The notes under the pieces were generated by a model, which worked only from the letters and a program-made list of their open reading frames with translations, had not been told where the DNA came from and did not search any database. Below are positions 46,354 through 55,201 of a stretch of 64,000 bases of DNA, piece after piece. Source of the DNA: a virus; the IMG/VR virus record IMGVR_UViG_3300012920_000023, positions 32,001-96,000 of that record. The stretch is one strand, 5' to 3'. Within the stretch, counting starts at the first letter, position 1. Each line of letters begins with the position of its first letter. Made by a program: the position numbers and the translations under genes.

Positions 46354-46998
46354 ATGTTAAGAAAAAGAAGAATCCTATCACCCGAGGATCTCAAAGTAAT
46401 GATCGCTCGGCTTGAAGAGCGAGATTGCAATGCGGTGACAATACCGGACGCAGAAGACGCTTTGGTGGGCTTTGTTGTCAATGATTATGAAACCGGTGAA
46501 GCACTTGCCGTTTACGACCTTGATACTCTTACAGAGTCAAAGGCTTATGATTATCAAGTCGATAATTCGATAAGCGATGATGATGCTATTATGATGTCTA
46601 AGGATGACATCAGTTTTAATCTTTTAAACACTTTGGGTTTTGAGGGGAGTCCCCTGCTTATTGATGTATGCGGTGAAAGATCAATCACTCTTGACGAGTA
46701 CCAAGAGAACGCAAAACGTACCGCCCAAGTGTCAGAAGATCCTAATCTTATGGCCAATTGGGCTTTAGGTATGGCCGGTGAGGTTGGCGAGTCGGTTGAA
46801 ATCATTAAAAAACATCTGTTTCATGGTAAACCGCTTGACTTAAAAGAGGTTGAAAATGAACTTGGTGACGTACTTTGGTATTTAAGCATGTTGGCTACTC
46901 AATGCGGTCTTTCCTTAAACGCTATTGCCGACAAGAATCTGAGTAAACTTGAGTCACGCTATCCAAATGGCTTTGTAAAAGGGGGAGGAAATAGGTGA
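46354..46998 (+). CDS. mazG: MazG-like NTP pyrophosphohydrolase with extra N-terminal domain
   Basis: EYQENA.RT, ALGMAGEVGE, ELGDVLWY, N..KL..RYP. Confidence 0.88.
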   Translation: MLRKRRILSPEDLKVMIARLEERDCNAVTIPDAEDALVGFVVNDYETGEALAVYDLDTLTESKAYDYQVDNSISDDDAIMMSKDDISFNLLNTLGFEGSPLLIDVCGERSITLDEYQENAKRTAQVSEDPNLMANWALGMAGEVGESVEIIKKHLFHGKPLDLKEVENELGDVLWYLSMLATQCGLSLNAIADKNLSKLESRYPNGFVKGGGNR

Positions 46999-47453
46999 TA
47001 AATATGAAGTTTGAAGCATTATGTATTATTCTAGCCGGGTGGTCGCACAGTGCCGATCCTGCAAAAAAGCGAGCAACCGAAGTCTGTACTGCGGTCGCAA
47101 TCGAAGCGACTAAACAGCAAGTGCCCGTTGACGAAGCCTTGGCTTTGGCGTGGGCAGAGAGCAGGTTCACGCCTACAGTAAACCGAAGAACGGGAGCGAA
47201 AGGCCCAATGCAGGTTTTACCTAAGTGGTGGTGTCCTAAGCCGGCTACTTCATGCGATTATGTAGAGGCCGGAGTTAGAGCCTTAAAGACTTTTAAGAAG
47301 TTGTTTCCGGGCTTTAAGAACGCCGTATGTCACTATAACAGTGGGGTTGATCCGGAGTGCCCTGCTAGGAGTGAATCTTTTGCAGAGGCGGTTGAAGTGC
47401 AGAGGGTGAAGATTAAAAGGCAACTAATGAGATCGAAAAGTGGAGCGAAGTGA
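46995..47453 (+). CDS. Lytic transglycosylase (SLT) with N-terminal signal segment
   Basis: AWAESRF (catalytic E), GAKGPMQV, HYNSG. Confidence 0.82.
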   Translation: MINMKFEALCIILAGWSHSADPAKKRATEVCTAVAIEATKQQVPVDEALALAWAESRFTPTVNRRTGAKGPMQVLPKWWCPKPATSCDYVEAGVRALKTFKKLFPGFKNAVCHYNSGVDPECPARSESFAEAVEVQRVKIKRQLMRSKSGAK

Positions 47454-47764
47454 TGGGAACTAGAACTGTTTTTATACCTACTAAGGCCAAACGTCAGAAT
47501 CGGGAGTTTGAACCACCTGTTGAGCCGGGAGAGCATACCAAGTATGGTTTCTGTCATTATCTTCAAAGATGGGTTCGCCGAGATACTATGTTAGGCGTTA
47601 ATATACGCTTTTATAACGCCGACAATGAGCAGACAACGATTAAACTAAGGTTATCCCCCGAGGGGTGGCAGGATCTCATCGACAGGGCGACTCCTGCGAA
47701 TTGGGATAATGAGTTAAAAACTAAAGCCGAGTTGGATGCAGAGGGGATAGAGTATGACTCTTGA
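47450..47764 (+). CDS. Hypothetical protein
   Basis: Coupled ORF. Confidence 0.55.
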   Translation: MMGTRTVFIPTKAKRQNREFEPPVEPGEHTKYGFCHYLQRWVRRDTMLGVNIRFYNADNEQTTIKLRLSPEGWQDLIDRATPANWDNELKTKAELDAEGIEYDS

Positions 47765-48440
47765 GCCGGTCTATATAGGCGACGGTTTTGTCAAATTAGT
47801 CGACAAGATGATTAGCCCTGCGGATCTAAAGGTCGTGAACTCTGCTAGAATCTCAATGGGTAAGCAGACCGAGAAAATGAAGCCTAGAGATGATCGGCTT
47901 ATCGAGTATTTGGCTCGTGAGAACCACACCTCACCTTTTAGGCATACTTACATGACCTTTCATATCAAGGCTCCCATCTTTGTACTTAGGCAATGGCAGA
48001 AGCATCAAGTCGGTTGCAGTTTCAACGAGATATCGGGTCGATACGTTGAGTTTAAACTTGAGTATTGGAAGCCGACGGAATGGCGAGAGCAGGCAGATAA
48101 TGTTAAGCAGGGCTCCGGCGGTGATATAGTTGACATGGGCATGAAAAAAATTGTGGAAGACACCTATCGAGAGTGCTGTGATTCTGCGTTTGATGCTTAT
48201 GAGTCTCTCTTAGCATTAGGGGTATGTCGAGAGCAGGCGAGGGCTTGCTTACCCTTAGCCATATACTCTGAGTGTTATTGGACTGTAAGTATGCAGGCCG
48301 TTGCTCACTTCTTAAAATTGAGGGAGGACTCTCATGCTCAAGCGGAGATAAGAGATTATGCTCAAGCGGTACGCTATTTAATCGGTGAGGGTATTTATGG
48401 CGGTGAAAAGGTATTAGGAGCGTTAAATGGCGAGGGGTAA
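47754..48440 (+). CDS. thyX: Flavin-dependent thymidylate synthase
   Basis: H.SPFRH, APIFV.RQW.KH, FNEISGRY, REQAR..LP, LR.DSHAQ.EIR. Confidence 0.95.
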   Translation: MTLEPVYIGDGFVKLVDKMISPADLKVVNSARISMGKQTEKMKPRDDRLIEYLARENHTSPFRHTYMTFHIKAPIFVLRQWQKHQVGCSFNEISGRYVEFKLEYWKPTEWREQADNVKQGSGGDIVDMGMKKIVEDTYRECCDSAFDAYESLLALGVCREQARACLPLAIYSECYWTVSMQAVAHFLKLREDSHAQAEIRDYAQAVRYLIGEGIYGGEKVLGALNGEG

Positions 48441-48792
48441 GAAAGTTTACGGATATCTTAAAAGGGATATTCGCTTGAATAACCCGAGTTATCTTATTTG
48501 GAAAAATAAGCCGGTGGGGGAGAACATATTCCCTCAACACATGAAAGTGGCTCTGTGTAAGCCTACTAGATACGAGGAGGGTCAACTGAGACGCATGGCC
48601 AATCAATATAATGAGCCTTGTTTTGTAGTCAATGTGGAGGGTCACAGAGTATACTTAATGCGTAGCGTTCTATTGACGGAGGACGAATATGATGAAATCA
48701 GACGTGATCAGAATAAGAAACACTCAAAGGCAAAGCAAAAATTGGCTTTACTTAAAAAGCGAGATGGGGGTGTGGGTAAGGGGACTCGTTGA
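48427..48792 (+). CDS. Basic hypothetical protein
   Basis: AGGAG RBS; coupled ORF. Confidence 0.55.
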   Translation: MARGKKVYGYLKRDIRLNNPSYLIWKNKPVGENIFPQHMKVALCKPTRYEEGQLRRMANQYNEPCFVVNVEGHRVYLMRSVLLTEDEYDEIRRDQNKKHSKAKQKLALLKKRDGGVGKGTR

Positions 48793-49324
48793 CTACAAAA
48801 CCGGGGCTATAGTCATTGAGTATCAACCTCAAATAAAGTTCCGGGATAATGGATTTGATGTTCTTGATCTTAACGGAGATGTCTCTGAGAGATTTGTGTA
48901 TGGTCGGAGTTTATCAGACGTATCCAATGAAGCATGGAAAGTCGCCGGAAGACTTGAGTTCTCATTGATTGAGGGTCTTGAGGTTTATGATGTTAAACGA
49001 AAAGTGCGTGCGTTTGATGAGATATTGGACACTAGTTTGATGTTGATCCTCTTAGGGTACGGAGAAAGCCCTCAAGATGTGCTAGATTGGTTCAAGACTC
49101 CCTCTTACGGTCAGTGGGTTCAACCGGGAGTGCCATATATGGTTAGAGTCTCAGAACTAGGGAGCAGTCGAGTTGAGGTGAATAACGCAGAATGTTCTAT
49201 AGACGGGCAGGTTGCATTTTCTGTCTTATTTTTAAGAGAGGAGGTTGACTTAACTATGTCATGGGATAGATTCTTACTAGCATCAAAAATAAATGTTAGG
49301 GAGGACTTTTATGAAAGCATCTAA
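48764..49324 (+). CDS. Hypothetical protein
   Basis: Open frame; start uncertain. Confidence 0.5.
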   Translation: MGVWVRGLVDYKTGAIVIEYQPQIKFRDNGFDVLDLNGDVSERFVYGRSLSDVSNEAWKVAGRLEFSLIEGLEVYDVKRKVRAFDEILDTSLMLILLGYGESPQDVLDWFKTPSYGQWVQPGVPYMVRVSELGSSRVEVNNAECSIDGQVAFSVLFLREEVDLTMSWDRFLLASKINVREDFYESI

Positions 49325-49499
49325 AGAAGTTAAGTCGTGGGAGGGAAGCCGTGGGGAGAGCGAGTTTCGCCTGTTTTATGTTAGCGGTGAACTGTTGAGT
49401 CTGTTGAATGACTTAGCCGATGAGAGAGAGCAGGGCGACTTGCTTTATGAGTTAGTAAAACAGGAGCACGATAAGAGGTTTGGGGGTAGGAATGACTGA
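49311..49499 (+). CDS. Small hypothetical protein
   Basis: GGAGG RBS before ATG 49311. Confidence 0.5.
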   Translation: MKASKEVKSWEGSRGESEFRLFYVSGELLSLLNDLADEREQGDLLYELVKQEHDKRFGGRND

Positions 49500-49848
49500 T
49501 TTTTGGTCGATATCTTATCCTCTAGGATGCGTCGCCAAGTCATTAAAAGAGGGCCGGATATTAGAGGCCATACGAGGCATTGAAGATGTTATCAAAAGTT
49601 ATTCAGACACAGTGGCTTCTTGGGAAAAGTCGGATGCTAAATATCTTGATGGGTTGTTCAAGTTTCAAGTTTATTTGACGCATAGGCAGGGAGTTGTTTT
49701 TCCAACCCCGGAGTGCGTTTACCTATGGGTTGCACACATGTCTGCAAGAGAGTTGCACGGCGGTAAAGTCTTGGGTTACCATGTTCTCAATAAGTTGTTA
49801 ATGGAGTTAAAAGATGAGAGAGTATTACAGAGGAAACACATCGTTTGA
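49492..49848 (+). CDS. Hypothetical protein
   Basis: Coupled ORF. Confidence 0.5.
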   Translation: MTDFWSISYPLGCVAKSLKEGRILEAIRGIEDVIKSYSDTVASWEKSDAKYLDGLFKFQVYLTHRQGVVFPTPECVYLWVAHMSARELHGGKVLGYHVLNKLLMELKDERVLQRKHIV

Positions 49849-50257
49849 AGTTATTGATGTGATCCACACTGAGTCGATTGGTTTTAGTTTAGGGAACGTT
49901 TTAAAGTATATATGTCGGGCAGGTCATAAGCCGGGGAATACGTTAGAGGGTGATCTAAATAAGGCTTTAGCCTATCTTGATTATGAAATTGACAGGCTTG
50001 ATCATCTAAAGAAAGGTTTGGCCACTCGGCCTATTGAAACGCTTGGTCAAGTTTATCCGGAGGGCTTTTCCTGTCAGATTCAAGCCATAGGCGAGGCGTG
50101 GGGCTTAAACTCTTGCTTTGAGTCCATACTTGAATGTGTTGTGATGGCAAACAGACATAACCGATTAGGACTTTACACACAGGCGATCCGTTATCTTGAA
50201 GACGCTAACGTGCTGTTGGTTAGGGTATTAGCCGAGGGAGGTAGAGATCATGCCTAG
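49814..50257 (+). CDS. DUF3310-family protein
   Basis: YY.G...EVIDVI...F.LGNVLKYICRAGHK....DL.KA..YL. Confidence 0.8.
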   Translation: MREYYRGNTSFEVIDVIHTESIGFSLGNVLKYICRAGHKPGNTLEGDLNKALAYLDYEIDRLDHLKKGLATRPIETLGQVYPEGFSCQIQAIGEAWGLNSCFESILECVVMANRHNRLGLYTQAIRYLEDANVLLVRVLAEGGRDHA

Positions 50258-50609
50258 GTTTAAACCGAGTGTGTTTTCAGATCCCGGCGATACTCCGACT
50301 GACCAAGAGAACCGTGTGGCCATGAAGTTAGGTGGACGACGGCAGAGGGGAAGTGGAGCGTCCGATTATGCTAAAGGTGATGTTAAAACAAGTGATTTTT
50401 TGATCGAGTGTAAGCAAACTGAGAAGAAGAGTCTGTCTGTCAAAGGCGAGTGGTTAGGTAAGATCACAAGAGAAGCGATGGCGTCCGGGAAAATACCGGC
50501 ACTATCTATTGAGATCAAAGGTAATCCCGACCGGATTGCAGAGCGAGATTGGATAGCGATCCCTATGTCCGTGTTCCGGCGATTGACTTCCCCCGATGAA
50601 GACTGTTAA
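50250..50609 (+). CDS. PD-(D/E)XK nuclease, Holliday-junction-resolvase-like
   Basis: E..VA..LGG....SGA...KGDV.....IECK. Confidence 0.72.
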   Translation: MPRFKPSVFSDPGDTPTDQENRVAMKLGGRRQRGSGASDYAKGDVKTSDFLIECKQTEKKSLSVKGEWLGKITREAMASGKIPALSIEIKGNPDRIAERDWIAIPMSVFRRLTSPDEDC

Positions 50610-50658
50610 ACTTAATCTTAATTTTAGCCAAAAACATCCCTTAAGAGAGAAGTGTATA

Positions 50659-51009
50659 ATGAGACTAGACGAAGCCATTCAGATCATTGAAAATCATAAC
50701 CATGACTCTTCTCTTGCAGAGTCAACCCCTGCCCGTATAACCACTCATGACCTCGCCATGCTACTAAAGGATGCCGGCAACAAAGTCACTATGGAGCCTT
50801 GGAAAGACGGGACTGTAGGTATCTCAATTCGGCATGGTCAAAGGAAGTTCTTGCAGGGTGTAAAAGCGATTAAAGACCTTAAGAACAACATAACCGGCTT
50901 CACAAATAAGCGTGCTAAAGGTTCATTCTCTTACAAGGGCAATGAGTATCTTTTTCAGCCATACAAGGGCTATATTTTCATTATGCCTCTTACTGAAAGA
51001 AAGTATTGA
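50659..51009 (+). CDS. Hypothetical protein with shared N-terminal leader
   Basis: Start moved to ATG 50659 (MRLDEAIQIIE). Confidence 0.6.
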   Translation: MRLDEAIQIIENHNHDSSLAESTPARITTHDLAMLLKDAGNKVTMEPWKDGTVGISIRHGQRKFLQGVKAIKDLKNNITGFTNKRAKGSFSYKGNEYLFQPYKGYIFIMPLTERKY

Positions 51010-51035
51010 TCTTTATATAGGCTTAAGGAGGACTC

Positions 51036-51608
51036 ATGTTTAAACCACCTAGAGAAGTGCAGAAGCAGGCCCGGCTTGGTCTTGAGTTAAGGCGTAAGTA
51101 CAAGCGTGGAGGGTTGACCAATAAAGAGGCTTCAAAGCATGGCATTGGTTCGGGAGTACAGAGGGCAGTGAACCTTTCTAATGGCGACGAGTTGTCTTTT
51201 GATACAGTAAAGCGTATGAAAGCCTTTTTTGACAGACATCGAATCTACAAGGAGAAAGGCTATCATGACACAGGAAACTCTGCTTCTTATATATCTTGGT
51301 TGTTATGGGGGGGAGATCCCGGATACAAATGGGCAAAAGAAATCGTATCCAAAAATCAGACGGAGGGCATGGGCATGGGGCAGTTGGTGAGAGACCTTGA
51401 GGGGCTTTTAAAGCGTGATCAGAATGATCGGGTGATGATCAAGAACGCATTGAGTACCGGCAAAAGAGCCATTCAGCAAATCGAGACTCTACTAGCAAGC
51501 GGAGATGCGGACTTGGCTTCTTGGATGGAATATAAGGTGTATCAAGCCACGGACGGGCTAAGGTCAGTCCGTGATTCGCTTCTTGCCGACCGTAGAGATG
51601 AAGATTAG
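51036..51608 (+). CDS. Conserved phage protein, probably head-associated
   Basis: PP..V...AR.GL..R...GV.RA..L.....LS.DTVKRM..FF.RH...SWLLWGGD.G..WA, a domain I recall from phage head-region proteins. Confidence 0.6.
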   Translation: MFKPPREVQKQARLGLELRRKYKRGGLTNKEASKHGIGSGVQRAVNLSNGDELSFDTVKRMKAFFDRHRIYKEKGYHDTGNSASYISWLLWGGDPGYKWAKEIVSKNQTEGMGMGQLVRDLEGLLKRDQNDRVMIKNALSTGKRAIQQIETLLASGDADLASWMEYKVYQATDGLRSVRDSLLADRRDED

Positions 51609-51744
51609 AAATATTTCTCTCAAGTTGCTCCGTATTTATGCTCATTTAACCGGTTTTAGATGCTGACAATCATGAAAGCAGACTTGGGTCAATCGCCGGG
51701 CTAATATACTATTGTGTGAACCTTTATTAAGGAGGACTTCATAC

Positions 51745-52626
51745 ATGTTAGAAATACAGGAAATATCTGTAGAACCAAGTTTCATAAACCGTCTATACAA
51801 AAGAAAATCTATTACATCTCAGGAGTTTAGCGAGTCTGAGGGGGTTGAATGGGATTGTCGTGAGAGCAATTTTTACTTACTTAAAGTAGAGTCGACCGGG
51901 CAGAGTGCTTTAGCACTTTGGTGGGGTGAAGACGTACTAGAGTTGGTGGAGACAAAGGGTGTGTCTTTCAAGGGGATTGTACCTAGAGACGCTCCGCAGT
52001 CTTGTATGTTCCACGCACTCCGTAAACGTAGGTTAACTGTGGTTTTAGGTGAAGCCGGAACGGGCAAGACGACGATTGCATTGGCTTATGCGTTAGAGTG
52101 TCTTTTTAAGCGTGAAATGAATGTAGTGCTCTGCAAGCCGACGGTGTTTGTGGGTCAGAGATCAAATGCTATGGCTCCGATACCGGGAGATCACCGTGAG
52201 AAGATGGCCGGTTATATCGATTCCTATTTGACCTCTATGCAACGTATCTTGGGAGACACTTTTGAGCATCACCTGTACGAGTTGGAAGATGAGGGTCGGA
52301 TAAAGTTTCAACCTCTTGAGTTGATCAGAGGTCAACACTTTGAAAAGAGCGTTGTAATCATTGATGAAGCCCAAAACACTTCACCGCATGAACTTATGTC
52401 GGCAATAAGCCGGCTTGATGAAACGAGCGTGTGTATCGTTCTAGGAGATCCATGTCAGATAGATTTGAGCAGTGGGTTTTCAGAGACAGGTTTAGGTGTG
52501 CTTGTAGAGAGCGAGGCATTTGAGTTCTCAGATATATCTGCCGGGGTTCGGCTCACCACCAACTATCGTGGCCCGTTAGCGGTCTTGGCTTCTGAGGTCT
52601 TAAAAGAGTTAAGTGAACGCCGGTAA
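51745..52626 (+). CDS. phoH: PhoH-like ATPase
   Basis: GEAGTGKT, IRG..F, IIDEAQN, GD..QID; start at ATG 51745 behind GGAGG. Confidence 0.9.
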   Translation: MLEIQEISVEPSFINRLYKRKSITSQEFSESEGVEWDCRESNFYLLKVESTGQSALALWWGEDVLELVETKGVSFKGIVPRDAPQSCMFHALRKRRLTVVLGEAGTGKTTIALAYALECLFKREMNVVLCKPTVFVGQRSNAMAPIPGDHREKMAGYIDSYLTSMQRILGDTFEHHLYELEDEGRIKFQPLELIRGQHFEKSVVIIDEAQNTSPHELMSAISRLDETSVCIVLGDPCQIDLSSGFSETGLGVLVESEAFEFSDISAGVRLTTNYRGPLAVLASEVLKELSERR

Positions 52627-52701
52627 GTTGAAGCATCAACAGTGGCCACCTATGGTGCTCGTAAACGCCTGTAAGTAAATGAAAATAAGTGTTATTTGTA
52701 T

Positions 52702-52730
52702 TTGACATTCAAGGCCACTTGATATAGTAT
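52702..52730 (+). promoter_or_regulatory. Sigma70-type promoter TTGACA-N17-TAGTAT
   Basis: Consensus; GGTGCTC 41 nt upstream. Confidence 0.8.
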
Positions 52731-52783
52731 ACTTACAACGGTTGATTAAGGCCGGATTAATACGACTCTAAAGGAGAGTGAAT

Positions 52784-52942
52784 ATGCTTAGGTTTAATGA
52801 TGGCGTGACTATTGATACGAGTGGTGAGTACCGACCGCTTAAACTTAAAGACGGTTGGTACGTTGTTGGTCAAGGCTCATGTATGCCCGTTGAGTCTCGA
52901 CAGGAAGCCCTTGAGTTGATTGCGAGGTTGACCAAAAAGTAA
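52784..52942 (+). CDS. 52-aa cassette protein, not in the ORF track
   Basis: AAGGAG RBS and own promoter; MLRFNDGVTIDTSGEYRPLKLKDGWYVVGQG... Confidence 0.7.
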   Translation: MLRFNDGVTIDTSGEYRPLKLKDGWYVVGQGSCMPVESRQEALELIARLTKK

Positions 52943-52992
52943 ACCGCTCCGGGCCAACCTTGATTACTCGGGGTTGTTGCCCAACCGGCCTA

Positions 52993-53048
52993 GAGCACCT
53001 TATAGGCAATTATGGTGCTCTGCAACTTAGGAGCAACTTAGGAGCACC
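52993..53048. repeat. GAGCACC-N14-GGTGCTC palindrome, short tandem duplication and a further GAGCACC arm
   Basis: Read directly; GCAACTTAGGA occurs twice in tandem. Confidence 0.85.
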
Positions 53049-53110
53049 TTATAGGTAAACCATAACGCTTCTAAGTTGTTAAAATAAATCAAAAAAAGAT
53101 CATTTTTAAC

Positions 53111-53139
53111 TTGACTATAAGGCAGGGCCGAGTTAGTAT
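53111..53139 (+). promoter_or_regulatory. Sigma70-type promoter TTGACT-N17-TAGTAT
   Basis: Consensus with AT-rich UP element. Confidence 0.8.
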
Positions 53140-53178
53140 ATTACATCATTAACGATAAACGCTTAAGGAGAGCGAAAA

Positions 53179-53520
53179 ATGGCAAATATATGTAGTTATG
53201 CATTTAAGTGGGAAGATGGACAAGGTCGGCTGTTTAATGACCCCGAGTCTTACGATCAAGAGATCGCAGGTGATACAACGATCGGATGCCGAAAGTGGCA
53301 TCCACCGATCAGTTTATTAAGGGCGATGAAAGCATCGGGCAGGCTTGATTGGGAGGAGCATGGCTTACTAGGAGTAGGCTATACAATACTCAAAGACGGC
53401 GTTATTACTCAACAGGTGGCGGTTGATACACCCAAGAACATTGAAGAGTGTAGGGAGGTAATGAATACCTATCCAACCCTTGATGTTCAAAACCTTGTTG
53501 ATCAGTATGAGGACGAGTAA
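53179..53520 (+). CDS. Hypothetical cassette protein
   Basis: Own promoter and RBS. Confidence 0.7.
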   Translation: MANICSYAFKWEDGQGRLFNDPESYDQEIAGDTTIGCRKWHPPISLLRAMKASGRLDWEEHGLLGVGYTILKDGVITQQVAVDTPKNIEECREVMNTYPTLDVQNLVDQYEDE

Positions 53521-53588
53521 GCAGGCTACTGATCAAGGGGGGGAGTGCTGGGTGCTTAAGGGATGGCGGTCATTGGTTGCGGTATGGG

Positions 53589-53618
53589 GAGCACCTTATA
53601 TATGTGTTATTGGTGCTC
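53589..53618. repeat. GAGCACC-N16-GGTGCTC palindrome
   Basis: Read directly. Confidence 0.85.
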
Positions 53619-53695
53619 CTTAACCGGCTTACATATATAGAACACCATAGCCGGTAAAAGTGTGACATTTTTTTTAAAGTTTTTTTATTTTTATA

Positions 53696-53724
53696 TTGAC
53701 TATCACCTTAAACAGAGTTAATAT
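53696..53724 (+). promoter_or_regulatory. Sigma70-type promoter TTGACT-N17-TAATAT
   Basis: Consensus with long T tracts. Confidence 0.8.
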
Positions 53725-53763
53725 AGTTACATCATTAACGATAAACGCTTAAGGAGAGCGAAA

Positions 53764-54060
53764 ATGATCGGACAAACAATCATTCAACAATTAGGCGGAG
53801 CCGGTAGGCTTCAAATGTTCATCGGACTAAGACAACTTTTGACCGAGGAGAGCGGAGTGACGCTCGTATTTCCTAAGCCCAAACACGCCGGTGCGGTCAA
53901 TAGAGTTCGTATTACCCTTAACCCCAAAGACCTTTATGATATGGAGTTCATTAGATACTCTAAAAGAGGCGTAAAGGTTGTTAAAGAGTCCAATGACGTT
54001 TATGCCGAGGACTTGAGAGATAGATTTGAAGAGGGAACCGGCCTTTATATCCGGTTCTAA
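53764..54060 (+). CDS. Conserved phage/plasmid hypothetical protein
   Basis: TI.QQLGG...DLYDMEF...DVY...L...FE..TGLY family pattern. Confidence 0.72.
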   Translation: MIGQTIIQQLGGAGRLQMFIGLRQLLTEESGVTLVFPKPKHAGAVNRVRITLNPKDLYDMEFIRYSKRGVKVVKESNDVYAEDLRDRFEEGTGLYIRF

Positions 54061-54140
54061 GTTGAGCCGGAGCGAGGGGTATAGGTTGAGCCGGTAGAGA
54101 GAGGGGTTAGGTTGACTTGGTCTTGCTAACCGGCTCATGA

Positions 54141-54169
54141 CAGCACCTTTATTGACCATAATGGTGCTC
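54141..54169. repeat. CAGCACC-N15-GGTGCTC palindrome
   Basis: Core is the reverse complement of 54602..54626 with one mismatch. Confidence 0.85.
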
Positions 54170-54210
54170 CGTAAGGGCTTAAAACAAATAAACTTTTTTA
54201 TTATTTTTAC

Positions 54211-54239
54211 TTGACTATTGGGTGTGGATATTGTACTCT
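54211..54239 (+). promoter_or_regulatory. Sigma70-type promoter TTGACT-N17-TACTCT
   Basis: Consensus; GGTGCTC 41 nt upstream. Confidence 0.72.
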
Positions 54240-54277
54240 ATATACATGTTAAAGATAAACGCAAAGGAGGCGTTAAC

Positions 54278-54496
54278 ATGAAAGAGCAAAAACCCTTTAA
54301 AGTACTCGTCAAAGATATGGATTCTCATCATGGCGTCGAGTTCAAAATCAAAGAGAAAGGCGTGCCAAGCGTGGACGCCAAAATCTACCGAGCAATTGAG
54401 CAAATCAAACTGCAACGTAAGGAAGCCAATATGTTTGAAGTCCGTATTACTGCATGTAACGGAGGCCATGAAGATTACCAACTAGTCTCGCCCTAA
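54278..54496 (+). CDS. Small cassette protein
   Basis: AAGGAGG RBS before ATG 54278. Confidence 0.68.
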   Translation: MKEQKPFKVLVKDMDSHHGVEFKIKEKGVPSVDAKIYRAIEQIKLQRKEANMFEVRITACNGGHEDYQLVSP

Positions 54497-54560
54497 AAAC
54501 AGGGGCTAGGTCGGGCAGGGTAAGACCTTAGCCCTCGACCTCAACCAAGACACCCGGAAA

Positions 54561-54588
54561 GCCCCCTCGTCAATCGAGGGGCGTTTTA
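54561..54588 (+). terminator. Intrinsic terminator
   Basis: CCCCTCG-TCAAT-CGAGGGG stem-loop followed by CGTTTT. Confidence 0.65.
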
Positions 54589-54600
54589 TCGAAATAAAAA

Positions 54601-54628
54601 TGCACCATTATGATCAATAAAGGTGCTC
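54601..54628. repeat. TGCACC-N15-GGTGCTC palindrome
   Basis: Read directly. Confidence 0.85.
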
Positions 54629-54669
54629 TTAAGTACCTGTAATCAAATGAAAATAATTGTTTCTTTTAC

Positions 54670-54698
54670 TTGACTAACAGTGTCCCTTAGTGTATAAC
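54670..54698 (+). promoter_or_regulatory. Sigma70-type promoter TTGACT-N17-TATAAC
   Basis: Consensus; GGTGCTC 41 nt upstream. Confidence 0.75.
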
Positions 54699-54739
54699 TG
54701 TATACATCATTAACCGCTAATCAGTCAAAGGGATTGAAA

Positions 54740-55201
54740 ATGATTGAACAACTAAACGACTTATTTAATAAGATTCAAGGCCGGCTCGTCGAAGCCTTTG
54801 ACCTAGTAGCCGACGAGGCTCTAGGGTTAACTTTACTCATGATGGTTAACCGAAAAAAGGCTTTAAGCCGGAACGGGTTGACCGCAGAGTGGCGTAAGGA
54901 TGACGCACGCCGAATGGCACAACATTTCTATTGGCTCGCTAAGACTTACGAGCGTATAGGTGAGGATGGGCGAGCGATCTGCTTCAAACGAGCGTCAAGC
55001 GTCATTTATAAGGCGATCAGAAAAAATGAGGGCTTCACCGGTAAGGACTTTTTAACTCATGAGCATGTCGGAAAAAAGGTGAGACTTGAAGCGTACCAAG
55101 TATGGCTTAAGGATGGGTACACAGAGAGAGTACAAGGATTAATCGACGGTGGTATGATCGACCCCGATTATCCGGCTCCAATGACAACTTGGGAGGGATA
55201 A
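54740..55201 (+). CDS. Protein with a PolX/pol-beta N-terminal helix-hairpin-helix (HHH_8)-like domain
   Basis: MAQHF..LA..YE..GE..RA..F.RA...I...L.H.HVGKK....W..DG. Confidence 0.5.
   Translation: MIEQLNDLFNKIQGRLVEAFDLVADEALGLTLLMMVNRKKALSRNGLTAEWRKDDARRMAQHFYWLAKTYERIGEDGRAICFKRASSVIYKAIRKNEGFTGKDFLTHEHVGKKVRLEAYQVWLKDGYTERVQGLIDGGMIDPDYPAPMTTWEG

Larger units (their letters stand above)
53141..53764 (+). repeat. 38-bp identical direct repeat (leader plus RBS) at 53141..53178 and 53727..53764
   Basis: TTACATCATTAACGATAAACGCTTAAGGAGAGCGAAAA before two unrelated ORFs. Confidence 0.92.

Noticed and set aside
52756-52778. ATTAATACGACTC-TAAAGGAGA resembles the T7 promoter TAATACGACTCACTATAGGGAGA
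   Set aside because: Lacks the ACTATA spacing, occurs once, its 3' half is simply the RBS, and no T7-type polymerase is in view; probably chance
53589-53618. Xer/dif site because of GGTGC
   Set aside because: No XerD arm (TTATGTTAAAT) and the spacing does not fit 11-6-11
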